Shown in pieces: positions 46,800 to 58,016 of a DNA stretch of 64,000 nucleotides. Every line of letters starts with the position of its first letter. Position 1 is the stretch's first letter. Both the position numbers and the translations under genes were made by a program. The notes beneath the pieces were generated by a model. The model did not search any database. It had not been told where the DNA came from and saw only the letters and a program-made list of their open reading frames with translations. Source of the DNA: an uncultured Nitrospiraceae bacterium (GTDB lineage Bacteria; Nitrospirota; Nitrospiria; Nitrospirales; Nitrospiraceae); assembly GCA_963730935.1 (NCBI GenBank), contig CAVSTP010000003.1:480001-544000 (forward strand), read 5' to 3'.

Positions 46800-47936
46800 A
46801 TGTCTGACCACGAATCACTCAGGCAAACCCGCGACATCGGTGTGGGCTTCTGGATCACCGGCTGTGTGCTCCTGGTGCTCATGCCGCTGTTGAACGTGTT
46901 GCCGGCCGAAGATTCCTGGCTCCACCTGTCGGATTTTTCGCTCAATCGCTTCGGGAAATTTCTCGCGTTCGCCATCCTGGCGCTCGGCTTGGATCTGATC
47001 TGGGGGTACACCGGCGTGCTCAGTCTTGGGCAGGGGGTGTTTTTCGGTCTTGGCGCCTACTGCATGGGCATGCATATGATGCTGACGATCGGAAAAGAGA
47101 GCGTGTACGGCAGTGACCTGCCGGACTTTATGGTCTGGAACCAGGTCAAGGAATTGCCGTTGTTTTGGAAGCCGTTCTACAGTTTCTCTGCCGCCGTCCT
47201 CGGCGCCATCTTGGTGCCGACGCTTTTTGCACTGGTCTTTGGGTTTCTGGCGTTTCGAAGCCGCATCAAAGGGGTCTACTTCGCGATCATCACCCAGGCC
47301 CTCGCGCTAGTGGCCTGGCTGGTGTTCAACCGCAATGAGACAAATTTAGGCGGAACGAACGGCCTGACCGATTTCAAACAACTGCTCGGATTCCGGCTCT
47401 CCGACGCCGGCACGCAGCGCGCCCTCTACGTGCTGACCGTCATCTGCCTCGGCGGCGCCTATTTTCTCTGCCGGTGGATCACACGATCACGGGCAGGGCG
47501 GGTGCTGATCGCCGTACGCGACAGCGAACCTCGCGTCGTGTTTTCCGGATACACGCCGGCCAACTACAAGCTTTTCGTCTTCGTCGTCGCTGCGGCCCTG
47601 GCGGGTCTGGCCGGCATGCTCTATGTACCGCAAGTCGGAATTATTACGCCCGCACAAATCGGGGTCTTGCCCTCGTTGGAAATGGTCATCTGGGTGGCCG
47701 TGGGCGGCCGCGGGACACTCGCAGGAGCTGTGTTGGGGGCCGTCAGTGTCAATTTAGGCCGTAGTGTGCTTACCAATTACTTCCCAGAGCTTTGGCCATT
47801 CATCCTGGGTGGACTGTTTGTGGTCGTGGTTTTGCTTTTTCCTGACGGACTGATCGGGATCATGCGCCAGGCGAGGGAGCGGATCGGACAGCTCAAGGCC
47901 AAGGCCACCGCGCTTCCGGAAGAGGAACTCGGATGA
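46800..47936 (+). CDS. urtC: urea ABC transporter permease
   Basis: LDLIWGYTGVLSLG, LPDFMVW, GVYFAIITQA, WVAVGGRG. Confidence 0.95.
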   Translation: MSDHESLRQTRDIGVGFWITGCVLLVLMPLLNVLPAEDSWLHLSDFSLNRFGKFLAFAILALGLDLIWGYTGVLSLGQGVFFGLGAYCMGMHMMLTIGKESVYGSDLPDFMVWNQVKELPLFWKPFYSFSAAVLGAILVPTLFALVFGFLAFRSRIKGVYFAIITQALALVAWLVFNRNETNLGGTNGLTDFKQLLGFRLSDAGTQRALYVLTVICLGGAYFLCRWITRSRAGRVLIAVRDSEPRVVFSGYTPANYKLFVFVVAAALAGLAGMLYVPQVGIITPAQIGVLPSLEMVIWVAVGGRGTLAGAVLGAVSVNLGRSVLTNYFPELWPFILGGLFVVVVLLFPDGLIGIMRQARERIGQLKAKATALPEEELG

Positions 47937-48700
47937 GCGAGCGCGGTTCCATCATCTATCTGGAAGGCGTGGTTGTCGATTACGACGGCTTCAAGGCGCT
48001 GAATAATCTCAACTTCATCGTCGACTACAACGAGCTCCGGGTCGTGATCGGTCCGAATGGAGCCGGCAAGACGACACTGCTTGATGTCATCTGCGGAAAG
48101 ACGAAACCGGCGGCGGGCCGGGTCATCTTCGGCAAGGATCAGGAGCTCATCGGCAAGCGCGAAGATGAAATCGTCAAGCTCGGCATCGGCCGAAAATTTC
48201 AGGCACCTTCGATCTATGCGAATCTGACGGTATGGGAAAATCTCGATCTCTCGCTCAAACGTCCGAGCAAGGGCGTATTTTCGACGCTTCTCGGGGCGTC
48301 GACGGCGGAGGAACGGGAGAAGATCAGCGGGACATTGACGACCATCGGCCTCAAAGACTTCGCCCATGTCAGAGCCGGCTCGCTGTCGCATGGGCAAAAG
48401 CAGTGGCTCGAAATCGGCATGGTGATTTTGCAGGACCCCTCCCTGTTGCTGGTCGATGAGCCGGTCGCGGGGATGACCGACAAGGAAACCGAGCAAACAG
48501 GTCGGCTGCTGCAGTCGTTGGCGGAGAAGCATGCGATTGTAGTGATCGAGCACGACATGGAGTTCGTTCGGCAGATCGCGCGCATGGTCACGGTGCTGCA
48601 CGAGGGCACCGTCATCTGTGAGGGGACGGTGGACAAGGTCCAGTCCGATGAGCGGGTGAGAGAGATTTATCTGGGCCGCCAGAAGGTTGCCCATAGCTGA
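47933..48700 (+). CDS. urtD: urea ABC transporter ATPase
   Basis: [38 protein letters not shown]. Confidence 0.96.
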   Translation: MSERGSIIYLEGVVVDYDGFKALNNLNFIVDYNELRVVIGPNGAGKTTLLDVICGKTKPAAGRVIFGKDQELIGKREDEIVKLGIGRKFQAPSIYANLTVWENLDLSLKRPSKGVFSTLLGASTAEEREKISGTLTTIGLKDFAHVRAGSLSHGQKQWLEIGMVILQDPSLLLVDEPVAGMTDKETEQTGRLLQSLAEKHAIVVIEHDMEFVRQIARMVTVLHEGTVICEGTVDKVQSDERVREIYLGRQKVAHS

Positions 48701-48712
48701 GGTTGGGATCCG

Positions 48713-49423
48713 GTGCTGGAACTCAAGAACATCAACGCCTATTACGGCGAAAGCCATATTCTCCGGGACGTCTCTTTTACGGTTTCTGCGGGAGAAGTTG
48801 TCTGCCTGATGGGCCGGAACGGCGTCGGAAAAACCACGACGCTCAAAGTCATCACCGGGCTTCTGCCGGCCCGTTCAGGTGACATGCGGTTCGATGGAAG
48901 CACTGTCATGAAGCTGTCCACCGACCGCAGAGCGCGGCGTGGGCTGGCGATCGTGCCCCAGGGCCGCGAAATCATCCCACATTTGACCGTGCGCGAAAAT
49001 TTACAGTTGGGATTTTGGGCGAGATCCGACTCGCCCAACGGGGCCACTGAGAAGGCGGCCTTCGATGAGGTCTATCAGTTGTTTCCGAAACTGACCCAGA
49101 TCCTGCATCGCCCCGGCGGTGTGTTGAGCGGCGGAGAGCAGCAGCAGTTGGCCATCGGGCGGGCGCTGTTGTCGAATCCCAAGTTGCTTCTGCTCGATGA
49201 ACCGACGGAAGGAATCCAGCCCTCGATCGTGGACCAGATCGAAGACGTAATCATCGGCTTCAAACAATCACGACGGTTTGCGATTCTGCTCGTCGAACAG
49301 GGGCTCCACTTTGCCGCGCGATTGGCAGAGAAGTATGTGGTGATGGCCAAAGGGGCGGTGGTGGTGGCGGGCAGGAGTGATGAGTTGAGCGCGGACATGG
49401 TGCGGCAGCATCTCACAGTGTGA
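48713..49423 (+). CDS. urtE: urea ABC transporter ATPase
   Basis: GRNGVGKTT, VPQGREI, LSGGEQQQLAI, DEPTEGIQPSI. Confidence 0.96.
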   Translation: MLELKNINAYYGESHILRDVSFTVSAGEVVCLMGRNGVGKTTTLKVITGLLPARSGDMRFDGSTVMKLSTDRRARRGLAIVPQGREIIPHLTVRENLQLGFWARSDSPNGATEKAAFDEVYQLFPKLTQILHRPGGVLSGGEQQQLAIGRALLSNPKLLLLDEPTEGIQPSIVDQIEDVIIGFKQSRRFAILLVEQGLHFAARLAEKYVVMAKGAVVVAGRSDELSADMVRQHLTV

Positions 49424-49431
49424 TTAAGCGA

Positions 49432-49554
49432 CGGGTCCTGTCACCGATCAAGCCCGTCTGTGCTCGCACCCCGCCCGGTGTAGGGACCCCGCTCCGCGCA
49501 GACGGGCGCCCAGATCGGTGCCACCCGCCTTACTCGAAGGGTTGCGTGATTCGC
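49432..49554. repeat. family P copy 2 (long hairpin)
   Basis: Stems CGGGT/ACCCG, CACCGATC/GATCGGTG, GCCCGTCTGTG/CGCAGACGGGC; 19-nt core at 49463-49481. Confidence 0.85.
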
Positions 49555-49620
49555 GAGGCTGTCGAGACAGCATCCTAACCCGCCTCTGAGGAAGAGGAAA
49601 AAAGAAGATGCAGACCGCCC

Positions 49621-49738
49621 GGTCCTGCCGTCGAGCCCGCCCGTCCTCGCACCCCGCCCGGTGTAGGAACCCCGTCCCGCGCAGACGGGCGCCCCGGATC
49701 GTTGCCACCTGCCTTACTCGAAGGGTTTCGCGATTCGC
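49621..49738. repeat. family P copy 3 (degenerate direct repeat of copy 2)
   Basis: Shares CTCGCACCCCGCCCGGTGTAGG, CGCGCAGACGGGCGCCC, GCCTTACTCGAAGGGTT and GATTCGC with copy 2. Confidence 0.85.
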
Positions 49739-49919
49739 AATCCTGGCAGGACATCACCTTGCCCGCTTGTGATCAGGGGAAAAGATAGAAGGTGATCGCC
49801 GCCTCCTGTTAGTTTTGACAGTATCGAGTCCGGGTGAATCCACGTAGAGTCCTCCCCAGCGATTTGCCAATATTTAACTTCAGAGTCGGAGCGACACCGG
49901 CTCTTTGAGAAAGGGAGCG

Positions 49920-50498
49920 ATGATCATGAAAAGCCATGTTTCTCGTAGCCTGCGCAGTATCGCCATGCTTGCATGCTCAATAGTACTCTTCACTGGATGG
50001 TTGTCCGGCTCTGCCTCAGCGGCCTCGGCGAAGGAACTTGACGCAGGTACGGACGACGCCATCGAGAAATTCGAAAAAGAGGTCAAAGGCGGCAAGAGTT
50101 TCCTTGAAAGCAGCAAAGGCATGCTCGTGTTCCCAAGAGTGCTCAAGGGAGGCGCTGGCTTCGGAGGCGAGTACGGAGAGGGGGCATTCCGGGTCAAGGG
50201 CAAAACGGTGGACTACTACAGCATGTTGCAGGGTTCATTCGGACTTCAGCTCGGAGGGGAAATCAAGACCGTCTACCTCGTATTTCTGGATGAGGGAGCC
50301 ATGAATCGGTTTCGGGAAGGAGAAGGCTGGAAGGCCGGAGTTGACGGCTCGGTCTCTCTGGTCACCCTGGGAGCTGGGGGCACGATCGATACAAACAACA
50401 TGAAAGACCCGATCGTCGCATTCGTCCTGGGCCAGAAAGGACTGATGTACAACCTCTCGCTGGAAGGGACGAAATTCACAAAAGAGCATAAGAAATAA
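49920..50498 (+). CDS. secreted Ysc84/SYLF-like lipid-binding protein
   Basis: Signal peptide; LVFP, GGEYGEG, SFGLQLG, GLMYNLSLEGTKF family-like motifs. Confidence 0.8.
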   Translation: MIMKSHVSRSLRSIAMLACSIVLFTGWLSGSASAASAKELDAGTDDAIEKFEKEVKGGKSFLESSKGMLVFPRVLKGGAGFGGEYGEGAFRVKGKTVDYYSMLQGSFGLQLGGEIKTVYLVFLDEGAMNRFREGEGWKAGVDGSVSLVTLGAGGTIDTNNMKDPIVAFVLGQKGLMYNLSLEGTKFTKEHKK

Positions 50499-50600
50499 GT
50501 GTGTGGTCTGAGCTTTTTGTTGGTGCGTAAGGCTGCAGCTTCTCCACCTGCGGCCTGAGAATTTCTTGCCCGTTTCAGCGGAGTAGGGTAAGAAACAGCC

Positions 50601-51893
50601 GTGTCCTATGGCCGCTCGACGATCTGCGCCGCAAGTTGCTGCTTTACGCTATTCGTGACTTGCATTCTCGCCTTAGGGTCCCTCCTTGCCGACGCATCGG
50701 CCGAGGACACACCTGGCCCGGTTGCTCAAAGGCTCGAACACGTTTCACTCAGGTTCAAAGAGGCTGAAAAGGCGGTCGAGAAGCGGTTGCTCTCGGAACG
50801 GTTCGGTTTGCACTTCTATGGGTATTTCGAAGGCTCGTATACCCAGAACTTCAACAACCCTTCCAATCGTATCAATGAATTGCGGATCTTCGATGTGAAT
50901 TCCAACCAGTTTCGACCGAATCTCGCTCAATTTGTTCTGGGAAGAGAGGCAAAATCCGATGGTAATTGGACCGACCGCCTGGGATTCAAGGTGAAGTTCA
51001 ACGCCGGCCGCGACTCAGACTTCATTGGCGGCGTGAATCTCAGCACCTGGGCGGATTTCCAGGAATTCTACGTGCAGTATCTCGCTCCTGTGGGTCGAGG
51101 ACTCAACATCCAGGCCGGACAAATCAACAGCGTGGTCGGCTATGAGGTCGTAGAAAGCCCATACAATGCGAATTACTCCCGATCGTGGCTCTTTGGTCTA
51201 GGGCAACCATTCACCACCCGCGGCGTCCGCGCCTCGTATGTATTCACCAAGCAGGTGTCCTTGTCGGTTGGGGCGATCGCATATATCAACTCGGCAAGAG
51301 CGGACAGTAATTATAATCCACTCGTTGAATACGCGCTGGCTGTCTCACCGACCGACAAGGTGAAACTGACATTCTATGGATTGGCCGGACCAAGGGACGG
51401 TCCTTCCGGCACACCTGGAGGCATGCTGGTGTTGGCCGGAGGATACCTCAGTCTTCACCTGAGCGATCGCACGTCGGCGGTCATCGAGTCCTATTATGCC
51501 AATCAAGCCAACAGCAGCACGATCAGCCCCGGTAGGAACGCACGTTGGGACGGTGTGGCCGCCTATTTGATCCAGGACATCACCAAGGAATGGGGTGTCC
51601 GTCTGCGTGGAGAAATCTTCGAAGATGCTAGCGGGATGGTCACGTGCCAAGGCACGACCGAGTACCAACCAAGAGCCAACGTCTGCTTCGGAGCTACGTC
51701 TTCGGCTTCGGCTCCGCCGGTCGCGCAGACCTTGTGGGAGTTCACCGGCACGGTTCAATACAAGCCATTTGCATCACTGATGACCCGTCTTGAATACCGC
51801 TACGACAAATCCAATCAGAACGTCTTCCAGGTCGGAGGCAGGGCGACCAGCTATCAACCGACGCTGTCTCTCGATGTGATCTATCTGTTCTGA
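50601..51893 (+). CDS. outer-membrane beta-barrel, putative porin (BBP2/OmpL-like)
   Basis: Signal peptide; GYFEGSY, QEFYVQY, VGYEVVESPYNANYSRS, RLEYRYD; C-terminal Phe. Confidence 0.75.
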   Translation: MSYGRSTICAASCCFTLFVTCILALGSLLADASAEDTPGPVAQRLEHVSLRFKEAEKAVEKRLLSERFGLHFYGYFEGSYTQNFNNPSNRINELRIFDVNSNQFRPNLAQFVLGREAKSDGNWTDRLGFKVKFNAGRDSDFIGGVNLSTWADFQEFYVQYLAPVGRGLNIQAGQINSVVGYEVVESPYNANYSRSWLFGLGQPFTTRGVRASYVFTKQVSLSVGAIAYINSARADSNYNPLVEYALAVSPTDKVKLTFYGLAGPRDGPSGTPGGMLVLAGGYLSLHLSDRTSAVIESYYANQANSSTISPGRNARWDGVAAYLIQDITKEWGVRLRGEIFEDASGMVTCQGTTEYQPRANVCFGATSSASAPPVAQTLWEFTGTVQYKPFASLMTRLEYRYDKSNQNVFQVGGRATSYQPTLSLDVIYLF

Positions 51894-52109
51894 TTCGTCT
51901 CGGTGCCGTTAAGATGTTCCTCCGGTAACTTGGTATCAGCCAGAGTGACAGGAGTCAGGGGACACGAATCGTTCGCGGCCAAGCGCGCCAACCAGCTGCG
52001 AAAAGTATGGAAATAGGGCAATCGTACCGTGCGATGTTTGCGAAAGCAGCGAGCTAGATGGGGAGCGGTCTTTCCTCGATGCCCTGCTTACTGGCAACGA
52101 GGAGAGAAG

Positions 52110-53024
52110 TCAGCGCCACACGAATTTGGGAAGTACCGGTGCTCCGGTTACCGATTGGCGAACAATAGACCAAAACTCACGCACTTTGGCCTGGACCGGC
52201 TCGGTTTCCTGGCCGAGGACCTTGAAGACCAACCCTGCGTCGTTGGGCAGCCTCGAGGCACCGGCGGTCCACTCTTCCTCTAAGTTCACCACCGCAGGGA
52301 TCTGTTCGAAGACCGTATTGGCGTGATGTTTGGGTGTGAGCAACAGGACGTTGGCGAACACATCGAACGTGCCCATGACTCCCACCTGACGCACGTTATG
52401 CGCGTGCGGCTCGATGACAAACTTCTCTGTGAATAGTTCGGCGCCATCGGGCCGTTGGGCCTGAACAGTGGAAGAAAAGACATCATATTCAAACAGCTCT
52501 CCCTCACCGTGATACTTGCGACCTCCCATCATGATCTCGGAGTAGAGCAGCGTGGAGCTGGACGGTATGCGGATGTGGGTGGTGGTGATGAAGCGGGCAT
52601 GTGCGTGTGGGATGACCGGATCAGGGAGATATTCCAGGTACGCATTCTCACCCAAGACGATGTGCTGAGTTTGGGCTGCATAATTCGCATCCATCGAGTG
52701 GATTTTTGTGGCGGCCTGCGTCGTGACATGAGCGCGCGTATCGGGCGCGAGGTCGATTTCAATGTTGAACCGGTCGCCCTGCAGGATGGACCCCGTGGTT
52801 GTGATGATAAAGACGCAAGGCAGATCGGGCAGCGCTTCATCCCAGTACAGTGCCTGCTGCACCAGGAGCGGGGCGCGACGATCCAGATGCGCCAGCACGG
52901 TGCGCTCCCCGCGCCGTTCAAAACCGAGACGCAGGAACGCGTTCTTTCCCACGACACCGCTGGGCAGCTGCCCAGGCTCATCCTGAAACGAAGCAAGTTC
53001 CGGGGGCACATGAGAAGTTGTCAT
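52110..53024 (-). CDS. ureD: urease accessory protein UreD
   Basis: [27 protein letters not shown]; last gene of the ure cluster. Confidence 0.93.
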   Translation of the reverse strand: MTTSHVPPELASFQDEPGQLPSGVVGKNAFLRLGFERRGERTVLAHLDRRAPLLVQQALYWDEALPDLPCVFIITTTGSILQGDRFNIEIDLAPDTRAHVTTQAATKIHSMDANYAAQTQHIVLGENAYLEYLPDPVIPHAHARFITTTHIRIPSSSTLLYSEIMMGGRKYHGEGELFEYDVFSSTVQAQRPDGAELFTEKFVIEPHAHNVRQVGVMGTFDVFANVLLLTPKHHANTVFEQIPAVVNLEEEWTAGASRLPNDAGLVFKVLGQETEPVQAKVREFWSIVRQSVTGAPVLPKFVWR

Positions 53025-53659
53025 GCGTGCGTCTGGTTGAATGTCATGTCGAACAGCACATTCTGCTGGATGAGTGTGACCAGTTCCATAATGCCCTCAC
53101 CCGTTTTGCAATTGGTAAAGACAAAGGGTTTGTCCCCACGCATTATTCTAGAATCCTTGTCCATCACCTCCAGGCTCGCGCCCACGTATGGGGCGAGGTC
53201 AGTCTTGTTAATGACCAGGATGTCAGACTGGGATATGCCCGGCCCATTTTTCCTCGGAATCTTGTCGCCCGCCGCAACATCAATCACATAGATGAAGAAA
53301 TCGACCAGCGCGGGACTAAAGGTCAGGGTGAGGTTGTCGCCGCCGCTCTCGATGAGCACGAAATCGCTGTCGGGGAACCGGGCTTCCATATCTTCCACTG
53401 CGGCGAGATTCATGCTGGGATCTTCACGCACGGCCGTGTGCGGGCAGGCTCCGGTCTCCACGCCGATAATCCGCTCTTCGAGCAAGACGCCTTTCAAGGT
53501 GCGCTGGACGTGCTTGGCATCTTCCGTGGTGACGATATCATTGGTAACGATCAAGATTTTGACCCCCATCTTGACAAAGATAGGGGTCATGGCCTCGATG
53601 ATGGCAGTTTTACCTGAACCTACCGGACCGCCGACGCCGATTCGTGTTATTTTCTTCAT
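53021..53659 (-). CDS. ureG: urease accessory GTPase UreG
   Basis: [29 protein letters not shown]. Confidence 0.98.
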   Translation of the reverse strand: MKKITRIGVGGPVGSGKTAIIEAMTPIFVKMGVKILIVTNDIVTTEDAKHVQRTLKGVLLEERIIGVETGACPHTAVREDPSMNLAAVEDMEARFPDSDFVLIESGGDNLTLTFSPALVDFFIYVIDVAAGDKIPRKNGPGISQSDILVINKTDLAPYVGASLEVMDKDSRIMRGDKPFVFTNCKTGEGIMELVTLIQQNVLFDMTFNQTHA

Positions 53660-53675
53660 ACAATGCCCTGGTGAG

Positions 53676-54503
53676 TCAGTTCATGAACATGCGTACGTGC
53701 GCCTTAACATGCGCGGCAGCCAGGATGTCGAGTGAGGGTGAGAACGTCGCCATCTCGTCGAGTGAGGCCCCCGATACGCGCTCGTACTCGATTTCTGTGG
53801 AGGCGTTGACCTCAAAGAGAATGGCTTGTGCGTCGAAGTGATGAATCTTCATGAGCCGCAACGAAGCACTCAGGATCATGCTCGCCGTGCCGTATTGATA
53901 TACAGCAAAGGCATCGTATTCGGGCAAGCCGAGTCCGGCAAACAGCAGGCCAAGCCCGACAGGATAGGTGCCGGGGGTTTCCTTGCGTTCGACGTGCCCC
54001 AGCCAGTCCGTCAGGAGCGGCGTCTGGATCAGGCGGTTCGACAGCTCGCCGAGCTTCTTTCCCATACGCACGGTCATGGACCGCATCTCCTCGTTCATCT
54101 TGCGGTTGAAGAGAGTGACGTCCGCTCGTAGTACTCCGGTCAAATCCTGCGTGCGCGCCGCCCGGTGTGTCACCAGCAGAGCAATGGCATCAGCGGATGC
54201 CGACTGGCGGGTTGTGGTCATGACGAATTGGCGCAGCGTCTCCAAGTCATGAACAATACGATGTTGGATCGCGGACTCTAGTCCATTGGAAAAGGAAAAG
54301 GCACCGACCGGGAGCACCGAGTCGCCAAATTGCAGGATTCGCATCAACTCGGTGATCTTCGGCTGACGATGCCCGGATCGTGTGATTGACGACGGGGTAT
54401 GGTTCGATTCCCCATTGACTTGCGGAGTAGGTTTTTCAACCAGCTCGGGGATTGACGGGGAATGCTCCGACGATCCTGGGTAGGTTTTGATCCTAATGGA
54501 CAT
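53676..54503 (-). CDS. ureF: urease accessory protein UreF (start uncertain: 54503 or 54344)
   Basis: [20 protein letters not shown]; ends HVRMFMN. Confidence 0.9.
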   Translation of the reverse strand: MSIRIKTYPGSSEHSPSIPELVEKPTPQVNGESNHTPSSITRSGHRQPKITELMRILQFGDSVLPVGAFSFSNGLESAIQHRIVHDLETLRQFVMTTTRQSASADAIALLVTHRAARTQDLTGVLRADVTLFNRKMNEEMRSMTVRMGKKLGELSNRLIQTPLLTDWLGHVERKETPGTYPVGLGLLFAGLGLPEYDAFAVYQYGTASMILSASLRLMKIHHFDAQAILFEVNASTEIEYERVSGASLDEMATFSPSLDILAAAHVKAHVRMFMN

Positions 54504-55095
54504 GATCATGCGGGTGAGCGTGATCATGTGGGTGATCGTGATCCTCCACATGAGAATGGACTGGCCCCTCGGCTCCGCCAAACAGACGTCGGGATTCATG
54601 GGGTGCGAGGTAAGGAATGACTTCAGATCCAGGGACAAAGTCGTAGGTGACCCCGCGAAATGCATGAGTCTTCATCACAGAGGCCATAACTTTTTTGTCT
54701 ACTGTGAGAGGAATAAACACGCGATTCCCTTTGACGACAGCAGGCCAATGCTGGTTGCCCAGGGCATGGCCTAGCTCCACACATGTACGAACAAGCATCT
54801 CCGAGGCCTGCGTCTGCAGTGCTCCCAACTCGACCACCATCACTTCTTTGAGGGTGATTCGGGCGACAGTAGCAGCCTGTCGAGCCTCGTCCCACACCAG
54901 GACGTCCCCATCTCGCAAGAGGATGCCACGTGGCAACGAGATGGCCAGATCAATGCCGTTCTGACTCAATTTCCGCAAGCGGCTCTTTTGCGCTTCCCAC
55001 TGGTCGAGCGCCAGCCAATCCAGCGTCGCGTGTTCCAGGCGTGATTTCCAGGCGGTTTCGTGAATGTTGCCGGTGATGGTTTCGATGACGAGCAT
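54493..55095 (-). CDS. ureE: urease accessory nickel chaperone UreE
   Basis: LRDGDVL, LGHALGNQHWP, His-rich C-terminus [21 protein letters not shown]. Confidence 0.95.
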   Translation of the reverse strand: MLVIETITGNIHETAWKSRLEHATLDWLALDQWEAQKSRLRKLSQNGIDLAISLPRGILLRDGDVLVWDEARQAATVARITLKEVMVVELGALQTQASEMLVRTCVELGHALGNQHWPAVVKGNRVFIPLTVDKKVMASVMKTHAFRGVTYDFVPGSEVIPYLAPHESRRLFGGAEGPVHSHVEDHDHPHDHAHPHDHVH

Positions 55096-55249
55096 AGGAT
55101 TGGTATTATGAAATGCTCCTGGCCCGTAAATCAACTTCGACGGGCCGTGACCAAGCGCAATTGCATCAAGCCTTCACCCAGTCTCAATCCCAATCTGACA
55201 AGCACAACCCGAGGACCATGCTGAACTCGAGGTAGAGAACGGCCGTGCC

Positions 55250-56968
55250 TCAGCTAAAGAAGTAGAGCTGATTCAGAGAGATGGATTTGGCGGGTTGAAC
55301 AGTGGCATGGACACCATCCACCTTGACGGCAAAGGTTTCAGGATTCACCTCAATTTTTGGCGTCAGCCCGTTGCGCACCATGTCCCGTTTCGTAATCGTG
55401 CGTGTGCCATACACAGGCATGACCTTGCGTTTAAGGCCCAACTTGCTCGCAATACCGTTGTCATAGGCGGCACGCGACACAAAGCTTACGCAAGTCTCGG
55501 AAAGGGCCTGGCCGAATGCGCCGAACATCGGGCGGTAAATAACCGGTTGAGGTGTCGGCAGGGACGCGTTCGGATCTCCCATTATTGACCAGTTGATCAA
55601 GCCACCTTTGATGACCATTTTGGGCTTGGCCCCGAACATGGCCGGTTCCCAAAGGACGAGGTCCGCCATTTTTCCAGGGGTAATCGAACCAAGGACATGG
55701 GAGATACCCTGGGTGATTGCCGGATTAATGGTCACTTTTGCGACATAACGCAGCACGCGGAAGTTATCGTTGTTCGGAGAATCCTCCGGTAACTTACCGA
55801 GACCTTTCTTCATCGCATCGGCTGTCTGAATCGCACGCAACCAGTTCTCGCCGACCCGGCCCATGGCCTGCGAATCGCTCGAGAACATGGAGATCACACC
55901 CATATCGTGGAGCACATTCTCAGCGGCGATGGTTTCGGGGCGGACGCGACTCTCAGCAAAGGCCACGTCCGATGGCACCTTGGGGTTCAAGTTGTGGCAG
56001 ACCATAATCATGTCGAACAATTCCGCCATCGTGTTGACGCCATAGGGCAGCGTCGGATTCGTGGAACTTGGCAGCACGTTGAGTTCGCCCGCCACCTTGA
56101 TGATGTCAGGTGCGTGACCGCCGCCAGCACCTTCCGTGTGGTAGGTGTGGATCGTGCGACCTTCGAACGCCGCGATAGTATCCTCGACAAACCCGCCCTC
56201 GTTGAGGGTGTCTGTATGGATACAGACCTGGACATCCATGTCGTCGGCGACCGAGAGACTCGCTCGAATAGTTGAAGGGGTGGTCCCCCAATCTTCGTGA
56301 ATCTTGAAGCCTGCGGCGCCTGCCAGGACCTGTTCGACCAGGGGTGCTTCGCCTGAGCAGTTACCCTTGCCGAGAAATCCAAAGTTGATAGGCAGCCCTT
56401 CGACTGCCCGGAGCATCATTTCAAGGTTCCAACGTCCGGAGGTGATGGTCGTGCCGTTCGTGCCGTCGGTCGGTCCGATTCCGCCACCGAAGAAGGTGGT
56501 GACGCCGTTGCTCAATGCTGCGTAGACCTGCTGCGGCGAGATGAGATGGATGTGCCCATCGTTGCCCGCCGGCGTCAGAATCAAGTGCTCGGCAGTGATG
56601 GCATCCGTGGCCGGTCCGACCGTGAGTCCAGGGGTGACGCCATCCATGGTGCCGGGATTGCCGGCTTTACCGACGCCTACGATCTTGCCGTCTTTGATGC
56701 CGACGTCGGCTTTGACGACACCGAGGAGCGGGTCCACCACTGTGACGTTGGTGATCACCAGGTCGAGAGCACCGCCCTCGCTCGTGAGCTGGTTGTCCAT
56801 CCCCATGCCATCGCGCAATGTCTTGCCGCCGCCGTAGATGGCTTCATCACCGTATACGCGCAGATCCTTCTCGATTTCGATATAGAGGTCGGTATCACCC
56901 AAGCGGATCTTGTCTCCAACGGTCGGGCCGAACAGGCTCGCGTTTTCCTTTCGAGAAATCTGTGACAT
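55250..56968 (-). CDS. ureC: urease alpha subunit
   Basis: [51 protein letters not shown] 56968 after AGAGGA. Confidence 0.98.
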   Translation of the reverse strand: MSQISRKENASLFGPTVGDKIRLGDTDLYIEIEKDLRVYGDEAIYGGGKTLRDGMGMDNQLTSEGGALDLVITNVTVVDPLLGVVKADVGIKDGKIVGVGKAGNPGTMDGVTPGLTVGPATDAITAEHLILTPAGNDGHIHLISPQQVYAALSNGVTTFFGGGIGPTDGTNGTTITSGRWNLEMMLRAVEGLPINFGFLGKGNCSGEAPLVEQVLAGAAGFKIHEDWGTTPSTIRASLSVADDMDVQVCIHTDTLNEGGFVEDTIAAFEGRTIHTYHTEGAGGGHAPDIIKVAGELNVLPSSTNPTLPYGVNTMAELFDMIMVCHNLNPKVPSDVAFAESRVRPETIAAENVLHDMGVISMFSSDSQAMGRVGENWLRAIQTADAMKKGLGKLPEDSPNNDNFRVLRYVAKVTINPAITQGISHVLGSITPGKMADLVLWEPAMFGAKPKMVIKGGLINWSIMGDPNASLPTPQPVIYRPMFGAFGQALSETCVSFVSRAAYDNGIASKLGLKRKVMPVYGTRTITKRDMVRNGLTPKIEVNPETFAVKVDGVHATVQPAKSISLNQLYFFS

Positions 56969-57027
56969 GCGGGTATCCTCTTTCTTGGCCCTCCCGGCCA
57001 ATTAGTGTGCCTTGCCGGCGTACCTAA

Positions 57028-57459
57028 TCAGGGTTTCTTGCTCTTAGATTTGAATCCACGTTCGTTGGCGCGCTCAAATCCTTTGTCGAGATTCGGCCGG
57101 TACCCCGGCGTCGGACCGGTTCCGGTCCAGCCGTCTACCAGATTGTTGAATCCGTAGATCCGTTGCTTGCCTCCGAATGGAACAAGGGTCACTTCCTTCT
57201 CGTCACCTGGCTCGAAGCGCAAGCCCGTCGATGCTGGAATGTCCAATCGTTGGCCAAACGCCGCTTTCCGATCAAATTCCAGGGCACGATTGACCTCAAA
57301 GAAATGAAAATGAGAACCCACTTGAATGGGACGGTCACCGGTGTTGCGCACTTTAATCTTGACAGTCGGTCGCCCAGCATTGATTTCAATTGGCTTGTCG
57401 GAAAGGACATAGCCACCGACTGGTGTCTTTGTCGCGGCGGGTGGTTTTTGAGTAGCCAT
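57028..57459 (-). CDS. ureB: urease beta subunit
   Basis: [25 protein letters not shown]. Confidence 0.98.
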   Translation of the reverse strand: MATQKPPAATKTPVGGYVLSDKPIEINAGRPTVKIKVRNTGDRPIQVGSHFHFFEVNRALEFDRKAAFGQRLDIPASTGLRFEPGDEKEVTLVPFGGKQRIYGFNNLVDGWTGTGPTPGYRPNLDKGFERANERGFKSKSKKP

Positions 57460-57513
57460 TTTCCTTTGCCCTCCGTTGGGTTGGAACGTGCGTCTGGTGA
57501 TGTCTCTCAATTA

Positions 57514-57816
57514 CTACTGAATCGGCCCGTGCACGGTCACCAGGCGGCTGCCATCCGTAAAGACCGCCTCGAGCTGGACCAGCGGGATCATTTCTGCCAC
57601 GCCTTCCATGACATCTTCCCGCGTCAAGGTCGTCCGGGCTTCCTTCATCACCTGCTCCAAGGATTTTCCTTCCCGCGCTCCGTCCAGCGCTGAAGCTGTA
57701 ATCACCGCCACGGCTTCGGGGTGATTTAGCTTCAAGCCCTTCGCTTTGCGCTTCAACGCGACCTCAGCCATCATATAGATCATCAACTTGTCCAATTCTC
57801 TTGGTGTCAAATGCAT
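57514..57816 (-). CDS. ureA: urease gamma subunit
   Basis: [27 protein letters not shown]. Confidence 0.98.
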   Translation of the reverse strand: MHLTPRELDKLMIYMMAEVALKRKAKGLKLNHPEAVAVITASALDGAREGKSLEQVMKEARTTLTREDVMEGVAEMIPLVQLEAVFTDGSRLVTVHGPIQ

Positions 57817-58016
57817 TTCATACTCCTTTGCAGTAGGGACCCGTACCTCTTCTTAGACAAAATTATCGTCACTACCGTCGCTTAATTGGGCGAAATTCTA
57901 GCCAAATAGTTTCTCCGTCGAAACTGTCAAATCTTACAGGTGTAGTTCCAGGAGGAGAGTGCTAGCCTTTCCTCCCTTGTGAAGCCGCACTGCATAATCG
58001 AGCTAAGGAGGCCTCT

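Noticed and set aside
49432..49738. CRISPR array interpretation of the direct repeats
   Set aside because: Only two ~120-bp degenerate units, no regular spacers and no cas genes.
49815..49850. TTGACA upstream of the Ysc84-like gene
   Set aside because: No -10-like hexamer at 16-18 bp spacing.
57895..57930. Minus-strand sigma70 promoter for ureA (TTGACA at 57930-57925, TAGAAT at 57900-57895)
   Set aside because: The 24-bp spacing is too long, so the promoter cannot be assigned confidently.
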